Positions 56,846 through 64,000 of a stretch of 64,000 bases of DNA are shown piece by piece; the stretch's first letter is position 1, and every line of letters starts with the position of its first letter. The position numbers and the translations under genes are program-made. The notes below the pieces were generated by a model. It was given only the letters and a program-made list of their open reading frames with translations. It was not told the DNA's origin and ran no database searches. The stretch is from the NCBI GenBank assembly GCA_029261235.1, contig JAJDBS010000005.1, forward strand, positions 16,871-80,870. Reading direction: 5' to 3'. The stretch is from Nitrospirales bacterium. GTDB taxonomy: Bacteria > Nitrospirota > Nitrospiria > Nitrospirales > UBA8639.

Positions 56846-58834
56846 CTATTCACTATTCCATGCTGCCGTAGCAAATGACCAACGCTGGCCACCAAGATCC
56901 TTCGCTCGATACATGGCCTGATCAGCCATGGCCAACAGACTGCGTGAGTCCGTTGAATCGTTTGGGGACACAGCAATACCGATGCTAATCTGCACCGGAA
57001 CATCTTGCCCACCTAGCTGAATCGGCGGCGTGAGACAGTCGAGGATTTTTTTTGCCACTTGTCGAACATCTTGAATGCGCTCAAGCCCTTGTAAAACAAT
57101 GGTAAATTCATCACCACTCAAACGGGAAACCGTGTCTGTGGTACGCACACACGTCACTAGTCGTTTTGCCACTACTCGCAACAAACGATCTCCCATTTGA
57201 TGCCCATGTTGATCATTGATCGATTTAAAATTATCCAAGTCTAAAAACAAGAGAGCTAACAAGGTGCCATCACGCCTGGCCTGAGCCAAACCCAACTGTA
57301 AACGATCTTCAAACATGATCCGATTGGGCAAATCCGTTAGAGAATCATGGTACACTTGATGCTTCATTTGCATTTCAGCAACCGCTCGAGCCGTCACGTC
57401 ATGAAGACTCACCACAAAATGTGGCGTGAGGCCCTGTGCATCAACTAATGGAGTCACCATCTGCTCAAAGACGAGCGAATCACCATTGCTCCCTTTTTCC
57501 ATGATTTCTGTTTTGACACAACCTATCGCCTTCGTGGTTGGTTCGAACGTTGACCAGGGCTCCTGAAATTGCGCATGTGGAAACGAACGAAGCGGAGCGC
57601 CTATTTCATGATCAGGTGTACCGCCGAACACTTTAGAAAAGGCTTGATTCGCCCATTCTATTCGACCACTCGGATCAGTCACACACACGGCATCATGCAC
57701 AATACTGAGGGCAGCACTATGAAGGCGAAATTGCTCAATCTCCATTCCTCGGACCAGCACATTCTTGATCTGGTGGCCCAAAGCTTCTAACGATTGTTGT
57801 GCAGCAAAATCGAACACCTTCGGCATCTTCGAGCACACAACCAGTAGACCTGAAATATCACCCGATCCCAAAGGGATGCAATACGCTTCCTGAAGATGAA
57901 AGGCAGTCGGAAACCAAGAAAATTCACCAGTATGTGGAGTATCCCGAGAGACCAACGAGCCATCAGCCTCTGCACAGGCCTGCATTAACTCATCCTGCTG
58001 AGAAATCGACGACCACCACGACAATCCATGCGCATCCCAATCTAAAGCAGGCATAGACGCATGCGCGCGCAAGTGAATCCGTTGACCATTCCGCACGGTC
58101 GCCATCCAGACAAACGGATACTCAAACGTCTGGACTAACCCTTCGCAAATTCTCTTCAAACAACAATCAAGACTTTGTCCATTCAACAGTTCTGCCTCAA
58201 GACCTAGCATCAAGTTGGCAAAGGGATGTGAATGAGGAGATTCCTGATGCATGTGCAATTCCCAATGCCACGCTGTGATGTTCCTCGATTGATCCTGCAT
58301 CGGGACGACAGAACACATCATCCGTTGCAAGTCATTTCCTGACAGAGCCATGTTAACAACCCAGGACACAGACCCTCGCGACGGTTCACAAGTCTTCAAC
58401 TGATGTCGAATCAAACGCCATTCCTCGTAAGGAATCCACTCAGCTAATTCGACCGTCCCGATGTTGGCCACATCCATCTTCAAGGCAGCAACAGCTGCAT
58501 CATTGGCCATCAGCACCACACCTTCACAGGACGTCATCAAATGGATGGGACCGTGAGGAACAGGAGCATCGCCTAAGCCTGAAACCGCTCCGGCATCGGC
58601 ACTATTCAAGTCTGTCAATTCCTCGAGTATATGATGAAGACGTCCGGTTAAGCGTTGCAAGGACTGACTCAGCTCTTGTTCTTGCGCAGATTCCAGATCA
58701 CTCGACTCGGCGTGAAGATCTCGTAGAGATTGTTGTAGTAATCGTTGGAGTTGGTGAAAAGTCGCCACGGATCGAATTACCTCTGAGGAAGAAGGAGAAA
58801 AACTCCTTGCTATATTTGAGATCCGAACACTCAA
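56846..58834 (-). CDS. PAS/GAF/PAS diguanylate cyclase (SGDEF variant)
   Basis: HDSLTDLPNR, DLDNFKSINDQHGHQMGD, I-site RTTD, RLSGDEF, ADQAMYRAK. Confidence 0.9.
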   Translation of the reverse strand: MSVRISNIARSFSPSSSEVIRSVATFHQLQRLLQQSLRDLHAESSDLESAQEQELSQSLQRLTGRLHHILEELTDLNSADAGAVSGLGDAPVPHGPIHLMTSCEGVVLMANDAAVAALKMDVANIGTVELAEWIPYEEWRLIRHQLKTCEPSRGSVSWVVNMALSGNDLQRMMCSVVPMQDQSRNITAWHWELHMHQESPHSHPFANLMLGLEAELLNGQSLDCCLKRICEGLVQTFEYPFVWMATVRNGQRIHLRAHASMPALDWDAHGLSWWSSISQQDELMQACAEADGSLVSRDTPHTGEFSWFPTAFHLQEAYCIPLGSGDISGLLVVCSKMPKVFDFAAQQSLEALGHQIKNVLVRGMEIEQFRLHSAALSIVHDAVCVTDPSGRIEWANQAFSKVFGGTPDHEIGAPLRSFPHAQFQEPWSTFEPTTKAIGCVKTEIMEKGSNGDSLVFEQMVTPLVDAQGLTPHFVVSLHDVTARAVAEMQMKHQVYHDSLTDLPNRIMFEDRLQLGLAQARRDGTLLALLFLDLDNFKSINDQHGHQMGDRLLRVVAKRLVTCVRTTDTVSRLSGDEFTIVLQGLERIQDVRQVAKKILDCLTPPIQLGGQDVPVQISIGIAVSPNDSTDSRSLLAMADQAMYRAKDLGGQRWSFATAAWNSE

Positions 58835-58984
58835 TATTCGTTATCCTTTGTGACAGACGATTGAACATCAACCCATCAAAAGAAGGAGTCTCTTCAATGT
58901 AAGGGATCGATCGTATAATTTCAAATAAAATTTCAACGCTCGTATAGGTGATACCATGGAATGCGGAAAATAGCAGTCTCTCTG

Positions 58985-59719
58985 TTATGACGCAAGAGTC
59001 AGTAAACCAGCCTCTACGTCATCCTTCGCTTGTGCATAGCGTTGCACAGTGCCAATATCTGACCAATAACCAGCTTGAACGAAGCCTAACAGGCGAGAAC
59101 CCTCAGTAAGCGCACGGGTATAGGAATCAATAATCGAAAAGAACGTCCCCGTTGGTGCAGCATCCATGATAGATGGGTGGAGAATATGCACACCCGCAAA
59201 CATCCGAGACGTCATCACAGACGTTGACGCATCCTCGGGAAGACCTTGGCCATTAATTCTCAGAATAGAATCCTGGTCATCAGATTCAACCGCACCCCAC
59301 TGTACGGCTTGGGGATCATCACGTAAGACCAAAGTGGCCACTCCCCCATGGGTATGATGAAAATCGAGAAGAGACGGCAAATCTAAATCAATCAGAGTAT
59401 CACTATTCATGACGAGGAAGGGCTGTCCGTCAAAAAACCATTCAGCAGCTTTCAGACCTCCACCCGTGCCTAACAACTCCGGTTCATGCGAATACTGAAT
59501 CTGCATATCCCAACGTGAGCCATCACCCAAAACCTCTTCAATCATCGACCCTAAATAATGCAGATTAATGATGACCTCTCGAATGCCACCGGCACGCAGC
59601 AATAAAAGGTTCCATACAATCAACGGGGTCCCGCCAACTGGCAACAACGGCTTGGGGATGGAGTCAGTCAGCGGACGAAGACGAGTCCCTAACCCCGCCG
59701 CGAGAATCATCGCTTTCAT
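58985..59719 (-). CDS. murU: MurNAc-1-phosphate uridylyltransferase-like nucleotidyltransferase
   Basis: MKAMILAAGLGTRLRPLT..PKPL, LLGTGGG, WSDIGT; downstream of amgK-like gene. Confidence 0.8.
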   Translation of the reverse strand: MKAMILAAGLGTRLRPLTDSIPKPLLPVGGTPLIVWNLLLLRAGGIREVIINLHYLGSMIEEVLGDGSRWDMQIQYSHEPELLGTGGGLKAAEWFFDGQPFLVMNSDTLIDLDLPSLLDFHHTHGGVATLVLRDDPQAVQWGAVESDDQDSILRINGQGLPEDASTSVMTSRMFAGVHILHPSIMDAAPTGTFFSIIDSYTRALTEGSRLLGFVQAGYWSDIGTVQRYAQAKDDVEAGLLTLAS

Positions 59720-59769
59720 GTTGTGCCTATTGAGTATTTTTTAAAATTCACGATTCTTCCCAGTATTTG

Positions 59770-59973
59770 GGATTGTTTAAAAAAAGGCATACCCTGAGCA
59801 TTGCTGAAGGGTCCGCCCAGTTCCTTCCTGAGCCTTGTCGAAGGAAAGACCTCAGCTTTTCCCGGCCTTCGTAACTCACTTCGGCGAAGTAGGCTTGACG
59901 CGTGAAACTTACAACCTACGCATGAGCACAGCAAAATGGCGAAAACGCCGTTGGCGGCTTGTTTCAGCAATTC
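59770..59973. repeat. Composite REP/MITE-like intergenic element between amgK and murU
   Basis: Tandem palindromes ACCCTGAGCATTGCTGAAGGGT and TTCCTGAGCCTTGTCGAAGGAA; imperfect inverted ends ATTGCTGAA..CCGCC / GGCGG..TTCAGCAAT. Confidence 0.55.
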
Positions 59974-59975
59974 AA

Positions 59976-61088
59976 CTATTGCCATTCAGGAACGTAGGGA
60001 GAGAGGTGTTTGAGCAAACGATGCAATTGGGGGTATTTGATGAGATTGGCATGCACGTTCTGTAACGTTCGAGGAATCGATGCAAGAAAATTCGGATTCC
60101 CTTTTACTTGATCAATATACACAAAGCGCCCAGCAGCTTTCAGATTGCGCTGAATGCTAGTAAAATCAAAGAGACGGCGGAACGTATCGACGTCATCTAC
60201 ATGCATCGCGGTGCATTGTGCTGAAGGAAGCGCCTGCCGCATCTTCTCAAGATAATACTCGATTAATTCATCGATTAATGATTCTTCTAGCGCAATATAG
60301 GAATCACGAAGAAGTGAGGCTAAGTCATAGGTGGCTGGCCCCATTAACGCATCCTGAAAATCAATGACGCCCAATCGTTCGCCATCCACCATCAAATTTC
60401 GAGAATGATAATCCCGATGCGTGAACACCATCGATTGCTCAGCCAACCATGTGGCGATCTTGTTGAATTCCTCCTGGACAGGCAGCGAGTCTTCTGAACG
60501 CATAGCATTACCCTGACGCGCCACGACCCCATATTCCAGGAAATGTTCGAACTCCCACAAATACAATGGCGCATCAAAGGAACGAGAAAACGCAAGGCAA
60601 GGGGTATTAGATGGAACAGAGGCCTGCACATGAATCTGGACAAGCACACCAACCGCCTGCCGATAGTGTGATTCAAGAGTTTCATTTGATACACCTTGGC
60701 AGGCCTGGGCCAACGTCACATCACCAAAATCTTCTAGAAATAACAGCCCCGCAGCCTCATCAAAAAAATGTAAACGAGGAACAGCCACATCCACAGCCTG
60801 AAGATGATGCAAGACATTCAGAAACGGAAGCTCTGAAACATCCTCACCAGACCCACTCACCGCTTCTTCCGAAGCCTTAAACCCTTCGGGATCTGCCAAT
60901 TGCATCAGAATGAGAGAGGAAACTGGGGCCTCGGAAAGATGAAGGCGAAAATACCGCCGGTTGGAGGCATCCCCAGTCAATGGTACACATTGGTCAAGGT
61001 TGGCTGAAAACGGAAGAGAATTGCGGAGCGTGAAAGAAAGACGGGATAAATCGAAAGAAGAAATTGCCGCGGTGTTCTCAGAAGTCAT
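59976..61088 (-). CDS. amgK: Anomeric MurNAc/GlcNAc kinase (aminoglycoside phosphotransferase fold)
   Basis: GDASNRRYFR, LEDFGD, HRDYHSRNLM, IDFQDALMGP..YDLASLLRD, QRNLKAAG. Confidence 0.85.
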   Translation of the reverse strand: MTSENTAAISSFDLSRLSFTLRNSLPFSANLDQCVPLTGDASNRRYFRLHLSEAPVSSLILMQLADPEGFKASEEAVSGSGEDVSELPFLNVLHHLQAVDVAVPRLHFFDEAAGLLFLEDFGDVTLAQACQGVSNETLESHYRQAVGVLVQIHVQASVPSNTPCLAFSRSFDAPLYLWEFEHFLEYGVVARQGNAMRSEDSLPVQEEFNKIATWLAEQSMVFTHRDYHSRNLMVDGERLGVIDFQDALMGPATYDLASLLRDSYIALEESLIDELIEYYLEKMRQALPSAQCTAMHVDDVDTFRRLFDFTSIQRNLKAAGRFVYIDQVKGNPNFLASIPRTLQNVHANLIKYPQLHRLLKHLSPYVPEWQ

Positions 61089-61359
61089 CTTAGGCGATTA
61101 TACGACCACCTCCACTTCTTGTCATCTCGGGAATCTTCATGATCGAGCCCCTTTGAACAGTATTGTTGTTCCTTTTTCGACTTCGTGTGCTCTGACCTCA
61201 ATTATTACTCCATATGGTTAAATAACTAGAAAGGACAAGGGACTTTGAAAAAAAAACTGCCAAAAATTAAAGATTTAAGAAATTTTGACGAAAAGTATTA
61301 AGAAGAGAGAAAAAAGGCTAGAACAGCTGGCAACCACCTACAACCCATATAGGTGTCTT

Positions 61360-61560
61360 ATGGAGATCAATAATCTTCCTTCTCACTCAGCCATTACTCC
61401 CCTTCGTACCACCACAGCCGTTGATGATGGCGATGCCGGACCCAATAGCCCCTATTATCGTCAACAACGGAAGAAGAAAAAGGGTTCTCAGCAAGAGCAG
61501 CTCGAAGACCGGGCGCCTCGCTTAGATGGTTCAACCGCACACATTGATATCCGTGTATAG
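61360..61560 (+). CDS. Small hypothetical protein (66 aa) ending HIDIRV
   Basis: ATG 61360 after AGGTG; low-complexity charged middle, C-terminal IDIRV. Confidence 0.6.
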   Translation: MEINNLPSHSAITPLRTTTAVDDGDAGPNSPYYRQQRKKKKGSQQEQLEDRAPRLDGSTAHIDIRV

Positions 61561-61897
61561 CTGACCTGTCTGAGTGTGAGCAGACAAAACCTGAGACGTA
61601 CTGAGGAACAAAGGATTAATCTTTTCGCCTTGTCCCTGCCCCCTTTGCACGTCTGACCTCTGAATTTTTCATACAGCCCATCTTTCTCGATTCCGATAGA
61701 TCTTAGAAAGAATCACGACTTCGTTTATTGCATGAAGAAGTACCGTTAGGCGAATGACCGGGCCATTATGGTGCGCCGCCGGAACATCTAGACGGCAATG
61801 AATAAATATAACGCTACATATAGTATTACGTGCATTTCTTGGGTATTATTAATGAAACACTCGCCCTCTCTCATTCATTGACCCCTGTAGGAGCTTC

Positions 61898-63760
61898 ATG
61901 AGTTATACAAATATTGGTGATTACGGAATTATTGGTGATTTACATACCGTCGCCCTTGTCAGTATTGATGGGTCCATCGACTGGTGTTGCCTTCCTCGGT
62001 TTGATTCCCCAAGCATTTTCGGATCTATTCTCGACGACAAAATTGGTGGGCATTTTAAAATTGCGCCTATCCAAAAAGGCAATACCCGACAAATGTATTT
62101 ACCAGAAACCAACATTCTTCTCACCCGTTTCCTTCAACATGATGGTGTGGGCGAACTGACTGATTTCATGCCGGTAGAATCAGATGAAGCTGGCTACCGC
62201 CCACGCCGCCACCAAATTATTCGGACGCTGTCTGTCGTCCGTGGAACCGTGACGTTTCGTTTGGAATGTTCTCCTGGATTTAACTTTGGCCGTGATGCGC
62301 ATGAGGTTGATGTCCGCCCTAAAGGCATCATCTTTCAATCTGGAGATCAATCTGTTGGCTTGGTCAGTCCCATTCCACTCCAAACGCGCGAAGGGATGGC
62401 CTTTCAAGAATTCACCCTTCAACAGGGTGAGACACTGACCTTCTTTTTAGAGTACTTGGAAACCAAGAATGGTGAGCCTTTGCTTTCAACTCCTGAATCT
62501 GGCGAAGAAGCCTTTCGCAATACCTCCGCCTTTTGGCAACGCTGGCTCTCGCAGTGTCAATACGATGGTCGCTGGCGAGAGGTGGTCCACCGCTCGGCCC
62601 TCACGCTCAAACTCCTGACCTACGCGCCTACTGGCGCGATTGTGGCCGCGCCCACAACCAGTTTACCGGAACATATCGGCGGCCCACGGAATTGGGATTA
62701 TCGCTATACCTGGATTCGCGATTCGGCTTTCGCACTCTATGGCCTTTTACGTTTAGGCTTTACGGTCGAAGCGGGACGCTTCATGGAATGGATTAATGCT
62801 CGCTGCCACGACTTGAATCCGGATGGCTCGCTTCAACTGATGTATGGCATTGATGGCCGTCGCGATTTAGAAGAACAAGAACTCTCCCATTTAGATGGAC
62901 ACCGCAGTTCACGTCCTGTCCGCATTGGGAACGGCGCTGCCTCACAATTACAAATGGATATGTATGGCGCGCTCATGGATGCCGTCTATCTCTACAATAA
63001 ACATGGGGCCTCCATTTCCTATGACCTCTGGGTCAACCTGTGCCGGCTCTTGGATTTTGTGTGCGACAACTGGGAACAGCCGGATGAAGGGATCTGGGAA
63101 GTTCGCGGCGGACGCAAACATTTTGTCTATTCTAAAGTGATGTGCTGGGTGGCCTTGGATCGTGGGATTCGCCTGGCCGACAAACGGGGATTTCCTGGCA
63201 ACCGCGCACGATGGATGACGGAGCGCGACCGAATCTACCGTGAAATCATGGATCGTGGCTGGAACCCCAAAGTTGGCGCGTTCGTGCAATCCTATGACTC
63301 AGAATCCTTAGACGCCGCCAACCTGATCATGCCACTGGTCTTTTTTGTGTCTCCTACCGACCCCCGTATGCTCTCCACCCTCGATCGCACGTTGGAACAA
63401 TTGGCTCTGGGGAGCTTAGTCTATCGCTATGATACCAACACCGCCGCCGACGACGGCTTAGAGGGCGAAGAAGGCACCTTTAGCATGTGTACCTTTTGGT
63501 TGGTCGAGGCCCTCACCAAAGCCGGTCGCCTGACAGAGGCACGACTGATCTTTGAAAAGATGTTAACCTATGCGAATCATCTCCGATTATATGCAGAAGA
63601 GGTTTCACATTCCGGCGAGCAATTGGGCAACTTCCCCCAGGCCTTCACGCATTTTGGACTCATCACTGCGGCCTGTAACTTAGACGTCGCCCTCAATACC
63701 AAACGCGCATCCCACACGGTGGCACGCCGAAATCGACCAGCTTCCCATTCATCGCCCTAA
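61898..63760 (+). CDS. Glycoside hydrolase family 15 (glucoamylase/trehalase-like)
   Basis: IGDYGIIGD, AAPTTSLPE, RNWDYRYTWIRD, PDEGIWEVRG, YAEE, GNFPQAFTH. Confidence 0.93.
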   Translation: MSYTNIGDYGIIGDLHTVALVSIDGSIDWCCLPRFDSPSIFGSILDDKIGGHFKIAPIQKGNTRQMYLPETNILLTRFLQHDGVGELTDFMPVESDEAGYRPRRHQIIRTLSVVRGTVTFRLECSPGFNFGRDAHEVDVRPKGIIFQSGDQSVGLVSPIPLQTREGMAFQEFTLQQGETLTFFLEYLETKNGEPLLSTPESGEEAFRNTSAFWQRWLSQCQYDGRWREVVHRSALTLKLLTYAPTGAIVAAPTTSLPEHIGGPRNWDYRYTWIRDSAFALYGLLRLGFTVEAGRFMEWINARCHDLNPDGSLQLMYGIDGRRDLEEQELSHLDGHRSSRPVRIGNGAASQLQMDMYGALMDAVYLYNKHGASISYDLWVNLCRLLDFVCDNWEQPDEGIWEVRGGRKHFVYSKVMCWVALDRGIRLADKRGFPGNRARWMTERDRIYREIMDRGWNPKVGAFVQSYDSESLDAANLIMPLVFFVSPTDPRMLSTLDRTLEQLALGSLVYRYDTNTAADDGLEGEEGTFSMCTFWLVEALTKAGRLTEARLIFEKMLTYANHLRLYAEEVSHSGEQLGNFPQAFTHFGLITAACNLDVALNTKRASHTVARRNRPASHSSP

Positions 63761-63819
63761 TCTTTCGTTGTTCACCGACCGAAGAGTTATCAGAATGATT
63801 TAACCCAAGGAGGGGCGCG

Positions 63820-64000
63820 ATGGATATTGGATTTATTGGACTCGGAAAAATGGGCATGAATATGGTGACGCGTCTGACCCAAGGCGGACATCGGGTCGTC
63901 GCCTTCGATCGCTCGACTGATCTCATCACACAAGCTGAGTCGGTAGGCGCCACTGGCGCTACGTCACTTGAAGATCTCATCTCGAAACTCCCTAAACCTA
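63820..64000 (+). CDS. gnd: Decarboxylating 6-phosphogluconate dehydrogenase, 5' part (runs off the right edge)
   Basis: RBS AAGGAGG; MDIGFIGLGKMGMNMVTRLTQGGHRVVAFDRS...SLEDLISKLPKP. Confidence 0.8.
   Translation, partial: MDIGFIGLGKMGMNMVTRLTQGGHRVVAFDRSTDLITQAESVGATGATSLEDLISKLPKP

Noticed and set aside
1-64000. tRNA, rRNA, integrase or prophage genes
   Set aside because: None recognised in the window

Overview
Bacterial chromosome segment; gene content and intergenic repeats suggest Nitrospirota/Nitrospirales (inference, not verified). Left part (1-22 kb): signalling and metabolic genes (two HD-GYP proteins, hybrid PAS histidine kinase, aguB-aguA with a palindrome-flanked DUF559 element fused in frame to aguA) plus an accessory block with a TIR-NB-ARC-WD40 NLR-like gene, a permuted NlpC/P60-like gene and a PhoD-like phosphoesterase. 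Centre (22-35.3 kb): a complete Tad/Flp pilus locus, including two flp pilins missed by the ORF track, led by a c-di-GMP-I riboswitch. Next to it (35.8-54.1 kb) lies a ~18 kb surface-modification island with three GT-C-type membrane proteins, two GT2 enzymes, methyltransferases, a membrane spermidine-synthase-like fusion and a prenyltransferase-barrel/Tat-DUF362 pair. The island also carries IS3 and IS630 relics and decayed copies of neighbouring genes (cpoB 3' end; GT2-methyltransferase unit). Right part: cpoB-pal, a diguanylate cyclase, amgK-murU, GH15 and the start of gnd. Best candidate for an undescribed system: a c-di-GMP/sigma28-linked Tad pilus with an exchangeable pilin-decoration cassette. 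Second candidate: the NLR/PhoD/pseudo-papain block. All calls come from reading motifs by eye; no database searches were run.
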